A DNA stretch of 64,000 nt from Octopus vulgaris. Its lineage: Eukaryota. This document shows, one piece after another, positions 12,363 through 25,604 of the stretch (within the stretch, counting starts at the first letter, position 1; every line of letters begins with the position of its first letter). Position numbers and translations under genes: made by a program. Below the pieces are notes generated by a model that saw only the letters and a list, made by a program, of their open reading frames with translations, did not search any database and was not told the DNA's origin. The DNA lies in the NCBI GenBank assembly GCA_951406725.2, contig OX597816.1:158472001-158536000 (forward strand), written 5' to 3'.

Positions 12363-13351
12363 AGGCAATGAACTGGCAGAATCATTAGCATGCTGGACGA
12401 AATGCTTAGCGCTATTTCACCTGTCGCTGCTTTCTGAGTTCAAATTCCACCAACATCGACTTTACCTTTCATCCTTTCGGGGTTAATAGAGTAAGTACCA
12501 GCTGAACACTGGGGACGATGTAATCAACTCATCCCCACTTCCTCCAAGCTACCCTTGTGGCAAAAATTTTAAATAATAATAATTACTATTACTGAGAGGT
12601 GTGTAAGACACATACAGGGACGCTGTCAGTAAGATGAGGGTTGGCAATGATTACAATGAGAACCCAGGGCTGGGTTCAAAATTCTACCAGGACACCTAAT
12701 GAAGGTTGGGGAGTAAATCAGCCAAAATATTGTGGTAGTAACAGACAAGATGAGGACACATCTATCCAATGTAAATGATGTAAATAATGTAAGAATGGTA
12801 TTCATCCACAGAAAATTTGTCTCAACGAATTCTGTCTGACCCATGCAAGCTTGGAAATGTGGATGTTAAAATAGTGATGATGAAGAAGATGATGATGATG
12901 ATGATGATGATGGCTAACAATTATGTCCCTCCAATGATTTCTAATATTGACCTTAAACCATAAATTTGCTGCACTTTTTAGGGTTGCAGTGCAGAGTGAT
13001 AATAATTCTCTCTAATTTTGGCTTGAGGCCAGCAATTTTTAGAAGAAGGGGTCAAGTTGATATTAATAATCAATATATCTACAATCAACACCAGTACACA
13101 AGCACTTTATTGGCTTTGAAGGTATGAAGGGGAAAGTTGGCCTCAGGAAGATTTGATCTCAGAATGTAAAGAAATGTTAAGCATTTTGTTTGGCATACTA
13201 ATGATTCTGCCAGCTCACTGCCTGAGTGGAAGGAGATAATAATAATAATAACAATGATAATGATGATGATGATGATGGATGATGATGATGGTGATAGTGA
13301 TGGTGATGGTGATGATGATGATGATGACGATGATGATGATGATGATGATGA

Positions 13352-13674
13352 TGTTTCTCTAAAAGAAATGGAGTAACTTTCAAATTACAAAGATCTGGAA
13401 ATAGAGGTAACTCAAATGTAGAGCCTAAAAATAGAAACAATTCTTATCACAGTAGGTATGATAAAAAATATTCAGACAAATACATAACAAAAACACCAGA
13501 ACAAACAAGTATATATAATATTTAGGAAATAGCACTACTAGGCGCCACACATCCTATGTAAAACACTTTCAATACAGTAAAAATAAGAGCATCACAGCAA
13601 ACCACAGCACATACCTAAGGCACACAGATCTGTGCTCAGTAGTGCAAAGAAAGCATGTGATAAAAATAAAACTA

Positions 13675-13722
<48 letters not shown>
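13352..13722 (+). mobile_element. R4/Dong-like non-LTR 3' end with (TAA)n tail
   Basis: Degenerate SLKEME*LSNYKDLEIEVTQM*SLKIETILITVG ... IALLG; its 3' UTR is repeated at 62511-62620. Confidence 0.7.
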
Positions 13723-13726
<4 letters not shown>

Positions 13727-14094
13727 GCCAAAAAGAATGAATAGCATGGTACCATTGGCTGCAGGTAATAAGCCCACTGCACATGCAAGACTCCAGGAGC
13801 TCCAACAAAATCTGTGATGAAGAGAAATTAATAACAATAATAATAATTATTATTATTATTTCCACTCTAGGCATAAGGCCTTGAAAACTTTTTGCGGGTA
13901 GGGGGCTAGTTGAATATATCGACTCCAGTGTGTAACTGGTACTTATTTCATTGACCCCGAAAGGATGAAAGGCAAAGTTGACCTGGGCGGAATTTGAACT
14001 CAGAATGCAGCAGTAGACAAAATACTGCTAAGCATTTCGCCTGGTGTGCTAACAATTCTGCCAAATAATAATAATGATGATGATAAATGATTAT

Positions 14095-14715
14095 AGATAA
14101 GGAAAAGTGAAGTTGCTAATTTATCAACCCATCATGTCTATTTGATTCCAGGATCGTAAAGAAAGAGGACGGAAAACAAATATACAATCCCTTAAAACTT
14201 GAAATAGGAAGAATTTGGAATGTACGAACAGTAATGGTTGCACTTGTAATAATTGGTGCATTGGGAACAGTAAGTAGTGATATAGAGAAATGGCTGAAGG
14301 AGATTCAAATAGAATGTCTGGCAGAGCTCCTACAGAAAGTTTGGTCTCTTAGGGACAGGAAGAATTATCAGGAGGATTCTAGGCTCTTGAAAGACAGCTG
14401 AAAACTTGTGGATACATAAGGTTACAGGTTGTAACCCACTATCCACATAATCCCTACCAGCTGTCCAAGAATTTGGACCTGGAGATCTCCATTTCCAGCA
14501 ACTTCGAGGGCCACCTCCCAGTGGTGTCGGGCATCAACAAAGAGCCCTCGACTACAAGACGACCAAAGTTTTTTGTTTTTTCAAGGTCTGAAGTCTCCCG
14601 CCTCTAAGCCCAAGACCATCACCTAATCACCCTTACCCTTCTTGTTGCTTAACAACAACAAAAATAATCCCTACCAGGAATATGACCAAATCTGAGTCAA
14701 ACCATAATAATAATA
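14095..14715 (+). mobile_element. R4/Dong-like non-LTR 3' end (second family)
   Basis: LKLEIGRIWNVRTVMVALVIIGALGTVSSDIEKWLKEIQIECLAELLQKV...LGTGRIIRRIL; TAA repeats at both ends. Confidence 0.7.
14461..14663 (+). mobile_element. 5'-truncated retroposon nested in the R4-like 3' UTR
   Basis: 14-bp TSD ATAATCCCTACCAG (14447-14460, 14664-14677); (CAA)n tail. Confidence 0.7.
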
Positions 14716-15817
14716 AAACTAATGTCTAATATCTTTTATTTGTTTTTGTCATTAGACTGCGGCCATGTTGGGGCACCACCTTGAAGAATTTTTAGTCAAA
14801 TGAACTGACCCCAGTAGCTTTGTTTTCTTAAAGCCTGGTACTTATTTCATCAGTCTCTTTTCAGACTGTAAAGTAATGTACTGAAATATTGCCAGTCATT
14901 TTGTTGATATGTATGATTAATTAATCCCTGTATATCATTATTTTTTGTTATTTACAATAACAAAACCTGTAGAAATGTGGGCAACACAAAGAGTAGAACA
15001 AAATGCATATTGGTATTTAGTTTTGTGTTCAAATTTGCATTTCTTGTCTCCAAGACTGGCAAAATAAGTACCTACTAGTAATATCTCTCTCTTCATGTGC
15101 CTTGCCTGTTTTACAGGCATCAATAATTATGGACCTCTATGCTAAAATCTGAAGAATAATGATTTTCCTTGAAAAAGGTACAGCAGCGGTTTCTTGTCTT
15201 TATTCTTTATTTACAGTTAGTTACAGTTTTTTCTGTTAGTCTTCTGCTCTCCAAAATTTATTCTTTGACAAGGACACTGGTTCATGTGACATCAGGGCAG
15301 CCCACACAATAGTTGGTCTTTGTGATATATGTCTTGGAGCTGGCCTTCACTGAGTTATGTAAGTCACAAGAACATCTTTTTCTGTTTGACTCATAACTGG
15401 GTTCCTTGACCAGTACCAACACTTTGGACCAAAGTGGAACTGGAAATAGTGGTAACTCCATACTCCACCCCACTAAACACATAAACTCTTGAGCTGGAGC
15501 CTTGCTACTGGTGAGGCTCTAGTTATTTGGTTAACTAAATTCTGGGTCTTCAAATCAAAAGTGATTGTATACTTGCTAATGTGCTAATGTTGCCAATATT
15601 ATTAATGTTGCTAATGTGTTAATGTTGCTAATATGCTAATGCTGATTCGAGATTCATGAATGACAGATAGTCCCTTTTCTCTTTTCAAACCTGAGATTGT
15701 GTAACATTTTAAGCTGATCTATGTCTCAAGAGATTTTACTATGTTTTTGAACAAAAAATTAAAATAATTTAAATTTAATTGTAATTCCATTGGACTAAAC
15801 CTATTTTTTTTCTCTAG

Positions 15818-15883
15818 CTGACAGTTTGTGGAATTATTGAAGCAGTAGGAGGAACACATTGGTTTTTCCGAAACATCAACACA
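15818..15883 (+). CDS. Membrane protein gene, coding exon 2
   Basis: Acceptor ttttttttctctAG, donor ACA|GTAAGT; 66 nt, phase 0-0; LTVCGIIEAVGGTHWFFRNINT continues the hydrophobic segment of exon 1. Confidence 0.72.
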
Positions 15884-17713
15884 GTAAGTTTTGGAGGATC
15901 TTAATGATTTTTTAAAATATCATGTTTGATGAACTTATGTTACTTAATTATGAAAAGTTTTTAGCAATTAGGAATGTATTATTTTTAATATAATGTTTGA
16001 CAGTAGTGAGGTGACAGAATCAGTACTGTGCTAAACAAAATGTTTAGCAACATTTCTCCCAGCTCCTTATGTTCTCAGTTCGAATGCCATTGAGACCAAC
16101 TCTGCCCTTCATCCTTTTAGGAGTCAATAAAATAAGTACAAGTTGAGCACTGGGGATGATGTAATTGATTAGCCCCTCCCACAAAATTTCAGTCCTGTTG
16201 TGAAAAGGATTATTAAAATAACAACAGTGATGAAACAGTTAAATCTTTCATCAAAGACATCCCTACTGGATAATACTGAAGATTAAGTGCTTAAAAATAT
16301 AAAACTTAACTATGATTTGCAAGCAAGTGTCACTTGGTGGCTTGAATCATGCTCTTGTGTACCTATTGTGTCAGGAGCCATGATGTGACAGCTGGTGTGG
16401 TGGGAGAGAGAAAGCAAGAGATGTACACCAGTACCAGTGTGATACTCATTTTCTACTGTATTGACAAGGGCAATGTGAAATGAAGAGTCTTGCTCAAGGA
16501 TACTTCACTGGTAACAGAAAAATCAGAACTTTGGGACTCACCATTTTAACAGGAAAAATTTAGGGTAAATCTGCAATGAGGTTCTTGTTACAATGTGTTT
16601 AGCTCCAGCCCTATAATCAAGGGCCCTCTACCTGTGACCATCCTATATCTTTTAGAAATTCCTAGGATTACATTAATGTTTGCTTTCAATTTTTAAAGAT
16701 AAAGTTGTTGGATACAAGATAGATTTCACTGCTATTTCTAGCAGGTTGATCGTCTCATCCCAGCCTGGATGTATCATTATGTCAAGAATAGTTATTGAAT
16801 TTCTGAATAATTTATTTCTTTTTCTTGTTTCAGAAGCCAGTTTTATTCCTTGTATGTGTAGTAGAATCGGTCATCTTTGTACCAGGTGCCATTGGGTTTT
16901 TTGGTCGATTGTGTTACTTGGTAAGTAATATAATTATTTTGGTTAAGATGGTGAGCTGGCAGAATGGTTAGCATGCCAGACAAAATGCTTAGCAGCATTT
17001 CCATTTCTTTCAACTTTTTGTTCTGAGCTCAAATTCTGCTGGGGTCTAGTTTGCCCTTCATCCTTTTGGGGTTGATAAAATAAGTACCCAGTTGAACACT
17101 GAGGTTGATGGAATCAACTTACCCCACCCTCGAAATTGCTGGCCTTGTGCCAAAATTTGAAATCTGTATAATTATTATGGTTGTTGTTTTGCTCTGGGTT
17201 AACCAAGATCATGACCACCAAAGACTTTATAACAGTGACCAACCAGTCATTTTAGAAGCATGCCTAGTGCTGCAGTGTCTAGCATGTACTATTCTAATTC
17301 AAAGGGTTGGGATGTGATTTGACGGAAATTTGGCTGCTATTTCTTACTGTTTGAGCAACCATGTAGAAGTTACCTCTGCCTTTTTGCAGAGCTTTCTCTT
17401 TTCTTTTCCTTTTTTCTTTTTCATAGAAGATCCCTTCCTTTCTGAGAAGTTTTTCCTTTTTTCTTTTTTTATCAATTTTATATGCTATATTTTTTTTAGT
17501 TTCTTTTCTTTTCTGTTTTGGATTTGTAGACTTGACTGAACAGGGTCTTGCTCTATTCAGTTGCCATGGCTACTGAACAAATTAGATTGTTTTGCTTATT
17601 CCGGTTTGCTTCTGTGGAAATATCTGTCTTTCTGTCTGTCTGTCTGTCTGTCTGTCTGACTATCTATCTATATACACAAATGTGTGTGTTTGTATCATCA
17701 CCATATGTTGAAG

Positions 17714-17754
<41 letters not shown>

Positions 17755-17835
17755 ATGTGTGTGCATGTGTATGTGTGTGTGTATATGTATATATATGTAT
17801 GTATATATAAATATATATATATATATGTATATACG

Positions 17836-17867
<32 letters not shown>

Positions 17868-19158
17868 GTGTCTATAAGTATGTTGGTGTCATGTAACTGC
17901 ACCTGTGCCAGTGACACATAAAAAAACACCCTTCAAGTGCTGGGCCTCATGAAGGCAATGACAAATGACTGAGATGTGTGGCAATATGCTGTGCTTGAGA
18001 AGAAGACCCATCAAGCCCAGTGAAATCATAGTTGTGGCAGAAACTGGTATCACACAACTGGCACCTGCGTTGGTGGCTTGCAAAAGCACTCATTACACTC
18101 CTGGAGTGGTTGGCATAGGAAGGGCATCCAGCCACAGAAACCATGCCGAATCAGACTGAAGTCTGGTGCAGCCCCTTAACTTACCAGCCCTGGTGAAACT
18201 GTCCAAGCCATGTCAACATAAACAATGGACGTTAAATGATGAATTGAACCAGCCAGGATCCCTGGTCTGGTGGTACGTAAAAAGCACTATCCGACTCGTG
18301 GCCGATGCCAGCGCCGCCTCGACTGGCTTCCGTGCCGGTGGCACATAAAATACACCAATCCACCAATCCGACCGTGGCTGTTGCCAGCCTTGCCTGGCAC
18401 CTGTGCAGGTGGCACGTAAAAAGCACCCACTACACTCACGGAGTGGTTGGTGTTAGGAAGGGCATCCAGCTGTAGAAACATTGCCAGATAAGACTGGAGC
18501 CTGATGCAGCCTTCTGGCTTCCCAGATCCCCGGTCGAACCGTCCAACCCATGCTAGCATGGAGAACGGACGTTAAACGATGATGATGATGATGATGATGA
18601 TGATGATATATATATATATAAATACACACACACACGCACACATACACATACACACGCACACATACACATACACACACACACTCACATGCAAACACACACA
18701 CACACACACACATATACATACATACGTGTGTAAGTCATCTAAGAGACCATAACTCAGGGGAAAGATGCACTTGTCAGCAGAGTGGGTATATTACTCAAAA
18801 TGTATAGTATTAAATATCCATCACAGCTGATCTTACCAATTGGTTTTGCATAAGGAATACAATGGTGTGTTAGGCAATAAACTGATCATATAACTTTATG
18901 CTCATCAAAATTAGCCTATATGGAAGGGAATATGGCAACTTTTCTCTTTTGTCAGAGGTGGATTAGCACAACCGGTAACTTAGCGGTTTGGCAAAAGAGA
19001 CCGATAGAATAAGTACTAGGCTTATGAAGAATAAGTCCTGGGGTTGATTTGGTCGACTAAAGGCGGTGCTCCTGCAAAGCCACAGTCACATGACTGAAAC
19101 AAGCAAAAGAGAGAGAGAGTATCTATCTAACCATCTATCTACCTACCTACCTACCTAC

Positions 19159-19209
<51 letters not shown>

Positions 19210-22096
19210 ACTATCTGTATGTATATATATGTATTGTATTTTGCTCAATTTCCTGCAGATGTCTGGTTGGTTCATGGCTTGAGAAAGAAGTCTCAATTGA
19301 TCCATGTTTATTGATTTTGTGATGGTCACTGGTCACTTTTACTATTTCCTTCTTTTTTATTGCTGTTGTTGATATAGTTTCCTCATTGTTAACTGATTAA
19401 TCTATTGTGGAGTATATTTTTAGTGTGTTGATTGTTAAGCATAGGGTCTTGAGCATATTTTAGTTCTGGATGGATACATGCTTCCCTGTTTCCATGGGAA
19501 CTTATGAGGCCTTCATCCTCATTTTTTTCTCTCTCTGTATATTTAATTTTGTCTTACTGTGACATATGTTCTTTTAATGTGTTAACGATTCTTTTGTGTT
19601 CTTGATGGCTTTTTTCATTCACAAGTAATTGTTGTGAAGGGTCGAGTCTTTTGTATGATGGATTCCACTTCCATTAGGTAGAGGGAGCTTGTGTTATTTG
19701 CTCCATCATTTCTTGCAATTTTGTTTATTTTGATGGATGCTAACAATTCTTTTGTGATGCTATTATTGTGTTTTTGAGGGCTTTTTTCATAAACAAATAA
19801 CTGTTGCAAAGGGTCATGTCTTTTGTATGATGGCTTCCATTGTACCACTTCCATTGGATAGAGGGAGCTAGTGTTATTTGCTCCTTCATTATCATCATCA
19901 TCATTGTTGTCATTTAATGTCTGCTTTCCATGCTAGCATGGGTTGGACAATTTGACTGAGGACTAGGGTCTTATCAGAAGCATCTGTCATTACACTTTCC
20001 AGCTGGATTTCCAAATCAACTGAGATTATGATATTATCCAGCCATCTCATTCTTGGTGGCTCAAAGAATCTGACTAGCAATTCTTTACTTTGACATTCTA
20101 ATCACATGTCTGTAGTATCAGAGATGAAGTAGCAGCTCAACCTGGAGAGACTCCTTGATTTTCTTTCCAAGCAATGAACCCTGATGAATAACATTGCTCC
20201 AGAGATCCTTCAGAGGAACCCCATTTTAGCTCCTTGTATTTGTAATTGTATTCTTTTGGTCATTATCTATGACCATAGGTGGGAATAGGCACAGAAACTG
20301 AATTGAAGTTAATGAGTTTAGCTTTTTTTTTACTAGCCTCTCCTCTTATATATGTATGTGTATACACATACATACATACATACAAATATCTCTGTGCATG
20401 TGTATGTATGTGAGTGTGTTTATGAATGTGTGAGTATGTGTATGTCTGTGTGTGTGTGTGTGTGCATGTGTGTTTGTGTGTGGTTGTGTGTGATTTAGAG
20501 CTGTGGATTTATAAATGGATAGATAGGAGAAAAGATGAATCATCATCATCATCATCATCATCGTTATCATTTAACGTCCGCTTTCCATGCTAGCATGGGT
20601 TGGACGATTTGACTGAGGACTGGCGAACCAGATGGCTGCACCAAGCTCCAGTCTTGATCTGGCAGAGTTTCTACAGCTGGATGCCCTTCATAACGCCAAC
20701 CACTCCGAGAGTATAGTGGATGCTTTTATGTGCCACCGGCACGAGGGCCAGTCAGGTGGTACTGGCAACGGCCAGGGAAAAATCGTTTTTTTTTCTTTTT
20801 ACATGTCACCAGCACACCGGCACAAGTGCCAGTAAGGCAGCACTGGTAACAATTACGTTTGAATGGTGCTTTTTACGTGCCACCGGCACAAACACCAGTT
20901 GGCCACTCTGGCAATGATCATGCTCGGATGGTGCTCTAAGTGCTCCATTAGCATGAATGCCAGTCATCGAATTTGATTTTGATTCTGATTTCACATGCCC
21001 CAACAGGTCTTCGCAAGCAGTGTCCAATGAAGGGAAGGTACGCATAAGTGGGCTGGTTACACCCCTGGCTTAGGCCACAAGGTTGTGGTCTCACTTGGCT
21101 TGCTGGGTCTTTTCAAGCACAGCATATTTCCAAAATTCTCGGTCACTGGTCATTGCCTCAGTGAGGCCTTAACCAGAGAAAAAGACTGAGAATGAGTGAA
21201 GTAAGCACTGCATTTACTATTTCTTGGATCACAAGATCATGTCCAACCTGTCAGATGGACATTTATTCCTCCACATCTCCCCTATGTGAAGAATAGGTGC
21301 TAAGTTTTATCCAGGAGGTGATTCATCTCTCATCTCACTCAGTGTTAGGGAAACTGGAAGTAATTATTAACTTTTTGCAATTCTGCAGTACATGGATATA
21401 TTGACACACTTATGCATACATACACATACAGAAAAGTTCATACATAGATGCACATAGACACAGCTTCATATGAATACTTATTAAAACTCAACAGAAGTTA
21501 CAATGAAACTGTTTATATTTAGTAGTCATTATTAGAGGCTTTTGCTTGTGCTGGCAGCTACGATCTGTAATGAGTTAACACTTTGCCAATACAAATTTAT
21601 AATTAAAGCTGCAGACAAGTAAGGATTAATTCATTGATCAAATAGAATTACCGTTATGTTACTCGTTTCATGCGAACGTTGCCAACAATGTTTTTTGGCT
21701 GCATGACGATAGAAAAGTGTAAAACTGAAAAAAAAAAAAAAGAAAAAGAAAGAAAGAAAGAAAAAGCAATACCCCCCTCCTTCTTCCAGCAAACTATTTC
21801 ATAAGTCAATAGGGAGCCTCTGCATATTTGCCCTCTTTGGTAGAAATAGCAGCCAAATCTACCTCATGTAACACTCTACCAACTTAAAAGGGAACGGGGA
21901 TGGATACAATGGATAATGTTGTTGATGTATACTTTAAAAAGTAAAAGAAACTGAAAAACGTGATGGCCATAAATGGAGCACCTTTGATCATAGACAGCTA
22001 ATTATTTTAAAACTGGTTTCAAATTTTGGGACAAGGCCAGCAATTTTGGGGTGGGGTAAGTTGATTACACTGACCCCAGTGTTCAACTGGTACTTA

Positions 22097-22463
22097 CTTG
22101 TACTTGTACATGTGGTGACATTAACCCTGGGTGGGTTGAGTCGGCTTCTTCTACTCATGGAAGAAGTTTTGTGGGAATATGTGGATTTCACAAGTGGTCC
22201 CCAACAATCCCGCATGTAGAGACATCCTATTTGCCGCAGATTGTCTGCAGATGCAGGGACAGAACGACTGAGGAGCCGCCGGTTGCCGAAATGGACACTC
22301 CGAGGATTTTCACCAGAGCCCTGTCTGCCGGGTTGTGGCCCTAATACCACTCGGTGTCAGACCAATCCGCCTTTGGTGGCCCTACCAGGAACCGAAGTTC
22401 CCAACAGCATAGCTCTGATACTACCTGTTGCCAGCGTCCCCACCATGGTGAGGAGGGGGATGG
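22097..22463 (-). mobile_element. Short RTE-derived non-autonomous element inserted into a SINE
   Basis: Head GAGCTATGCTGTTGGGAAC..GTTCCTGGTAGGGCCACC resembles RTE 5' UTRs; CAAGTA-type tail; ACTTA duplication; GC-rich relative to flanks. Confidence 0.65.
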
Positions 22464-23289
22464 ACTTATTTTATCAATCCCCGCTCGTGAAAGGATGAAA
22501 GGCAAAGTCAACCCTGGTGGAATTTTAGCTCAGAACATAAAGATGGATGGAATGCCACTAAGCATTTTATCTGGTATGCTAATAATTCTTCCAGCTCACT
22601 ACCTTAGATTATCTTAATATTGGAGATAAAAGATTAGTATGTAATCCCAGCAGGATCCCTTGGAATTCATAAAACCAGTTACCTAATTTCCATTCGGTAC
22701 AAGTAACAAAGACCACAATATTTACTCTGAATGGTGATCCGTTTACAGCTGAGTGGACTGGAGCAATCTGAAGTGAAGTGTTTTATTCAAGAGCACAATG
22801 CGCTGCTCAGCTTGGTAATTGAAACTATGAGCTAACAATTTTGAGTTCAAAACCCTAAACACTAAGTTATATGGTTAGAGCCTGAGGAAATCAATGATGG
22901 TTTGTGTCAGCTAAAAGAACTTCTGTCTCTTTGCAGGGATGGCTGTGTGGCTAAGAAGTTTGTTTCCCAACCACATGATTTTAGGTTCAGCACCACTGCA
23001 TGGCACCGAAGGCAATTGTCTTCTACTTAAGCCCCAGGCTAATTATAGCTATTATAATAGAGGAGGTTAAGGCCAAACAGTCCATGGGAACACCCTGGCT
23101 TAGGCCACAAGGTTGTGGTCTCACTTGACTTGCTTGGTCTTCTCAAGCACAGCATATTTCCAAAATTCTCAGTCACTGGTCATTGTCTCGGTGAGGCCTT
23201 AACCAGAGAAAAAAAACTGAGAATGAGTGAAGTAGGCACTGTGGTTACTTTTTCTTGGATCACAAGATCATGTCCAACCTGTCAGATGG

Positions 23290-23892
23290 TCTTAAAGCTG
23301 TATCTGTAATAGATTTAGAGAATAAATGTCCTGTCTCAGAAGGAAAATCTGGAATGGAAAGGCCTCAACATAATCTCAGGAAAAACTAAAGTTTCAGTGA
23401 ATAGAAATGAAGACAGAATGTTGCTACCAGGAGGGAAATGGTAATGCACAGTATGCAGAAAAGAGTAGGAAGAAATTCCATGTGAGGTATCTAGTTTAAA
23501 AAAGGACTTACAAGAAGTAAAATAGAATTAATGGCAGACTACCAGAAAAGGCAGACTTCATAAGTAGCAAATGCATAGGTGCAGTAAAGACAAAGAGCAC
23601 AATTGGAATAGATTCTCCCAAATACCTGGACAGCTCTTTAGAAATAGTTGGTTATTTCCTTTACCTAGGTGGTCTGTAGTGTAGTGGGAGGTGCTCCAAA
23701 AGTATGGTAGCCAAAGTAACAATGAGATGGGAAAAGTTCAGGAAGCCATTGTCTTGGCTGGTAACAAAGGCTTTCTCTTTCCGAGTGAAGGGCAGACTGT
23801 ATAAAATTTATGTACCAACTGTGATATTATGTGGTAGCAGAATATGGGCTTTGAATACTGAGGAGTTGTGGAAACTTGAAAGAAATGACTGA
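23290..23892 (+). mobile_element. RTE-clade LINE remnant
   Basis: KTKV...YLG...RWEKFRKPLSWLVTKAFSFRVKGRLYKIYVPTVILCGSRIWALN. Confidence 0.75.
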
Positions 23893-24099
23893 AACTTGTA
23901 AAAGAACTAGTAAAAGGATTTAATTACCAATTAAATGACAATTGGAAAATTTGAAACAATTGTTGGCAAAAGCAAAATTTAAAACTGGTTTCAAATTTTG
24001 GGACAAGGCCAGAAATTTTGTGGTGGGGTAAGTTGATTACATTGACCCTAGTGTTCAACTGGTACTTATTTTATCACAACAGTGATAAAATCTTCTCAA

Positions 24100-24520
24100 T
24101 ATCTAAGTGTTATGATGAATGTTGTGGTATAAGTTGATTTATACAGAATGGTCATTATATCAACACAATGACTGGAAAACCAAATATGCACAAATGCAAA
24201 TATGAACTGTAGGAGTAGAAGTCTGATATACTATATCAAATGTAGGAATTGTGGAGAAATATATATCAGTCAGACAGGTAATTCATTATCTGAATGCATA
24301 TGAATACATAGGCTGAAGATTCGAGAGCCTCAAAAGAACTTTTGTATTGCCTTTTCATAAACTTTATGACTAAAATGAACAGTAGAATTGAGTTCCATTG
24401 AGAAGTCCAGTTCAGTTTTGAAGGGACAGTTATGTTCATTAAAATTTGGTTTAAGATTTAATTTGAAATAACAATCCCTGAAAAAAGATTTTAATAGACA
24501 CTTGATGAAACGTCATACAG
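24100..24520 (+). mobile_element. Penelope-like element remnant (GIY-YIG endonuclease)
   Basis: MNCRSRSLIYYIKCRNCGEIYISQTGNSLSECI*IHRLKIRE at about 24200-24330, preceded by a Cys-rich linker KCYDECCGI. Confidence 0.8.
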
Positions 24521-25070
24521 CTGCTCCCCAATATGAGAAACATAATCACTTGCAAGCCACATCAGGAGCCCACAACCACTTGTAACTGTTGATAAGCTTG
24601 AAGCTTTCTCATTCAATCAGGCATGTTTGATAAACTTAGTCGTTTATAAGGCTGATTCGCAGCAGTGCTATAAGGTAATGTAATAAAAGCAAAAAAAAAA
24701 AAAAAAAAAAAAAATTACAACAATGGTTTATGTATGTATATATATGCACACACACACATGCATACAAAGCAAAGTGCTATTGCTGCAGTCGAAACATATG
24801 TAGGCCAGAGTTATTTATGCTGTAGAAAACTTTTTAATAAAAAAGTTTTGGATGTGAATAAATCTCCACTTTCCTCTTCATTATCAGTTATATGTACATA
24901 CATACATACATACATATATATATATACACATACATACATACATACATACATACATACATACATACATACATACATGTGTGTGTGTGCGTGTGTGTGTAGT
25001 ATTGTCTCATTTTATTTGTGATTGTAATAATGGAACTGAATTGTATAAAAAGATTTTTTTCATATTTCAG

Positions 25071-25121
25071 ATAAATGTAATTCGAAGATACAGTCCTGAA
25101 GCATCACTAAATATTGATTTT
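25071..25121 (+). CDS. Membrane protein gene, coding exon 3
   Basis: Acceptor tttttttcatatttcAG, donor TTT|GTAAGT; 51 nt, phase 0-0; INVIRRYSPEASLNIDF. Confidence 0.65.
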
Positions 25122-25294
25122 GTAAGTTGAAATAATTATCATTTCACCGTTTCTGTTGATTCTATATTCAAAGATCAATTAAAATGAATCATCAAGTGAA
25201 CATATCTTACATTGGCATCATCCACATAATGGTAATTGCAAAAGAACCAGAACTATCATGTTCTGGCTGCTGTGGTTACCACCTGAACCTACTG

Positions 25295-25604
25295 TGGAGG
25301 CACATGGCTTAGTGGTTAGAGCAGTGGACTCGCGGTCGAGGGATCGCAGGTTCAAATCTCAGACCGGGCGATGTGTGTGTTTATGAGCGAAACTCCTAAG
25401 CTCCACGCGACTCCGGCAGAAGGTAATGGCAAACTTCTGCTGACTCTTTCACCTCAACTTTCTCTCACTGTTTCCTCCTGCATCTTTCAGCTCACCTGCG
25501 ATGGACCGGTGTCCTGTCCAGGTGGGAAACCTATATGCCAAGGAAACCGGGAAACTGGCCCTTATGAGCCAGGCATGGCTTGAAAGGGAACAAACAAACA
25601 ACAA
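25295..25604 (+). mobile_element. tRNA-derived SINE (family D; related copies 36026-36330 +, 45894-46187 -)
   Basis: A box TGGCTTAGTGG, B box GGTTCAAATC; V-domain-like CCTGCGATGGAC..GTCCAGG; 14-bp TSD ACCTGAACCTACTG; the other two copies also have TSDs. Confidence 0.9.

Noticed and set aside
12086-12391. Poly-Lys/Arg and poly-Leu/Pro ORFs (similarly 33287-33881)
   Set aside because: Pure trinucleotide repeats with no splice or domain support.
19260-19890. Minus-strand 79-aa ORF with a ~70-bp direct duplication
   Set aside because: No recognisable motif; probably decayed TE sequence.
25295-25370. tRNA-like sequence with A and B boxes
   Set aside because: SINE head: continues into a repeated body, has a TSD, and related copies occur elsewhere in the window.
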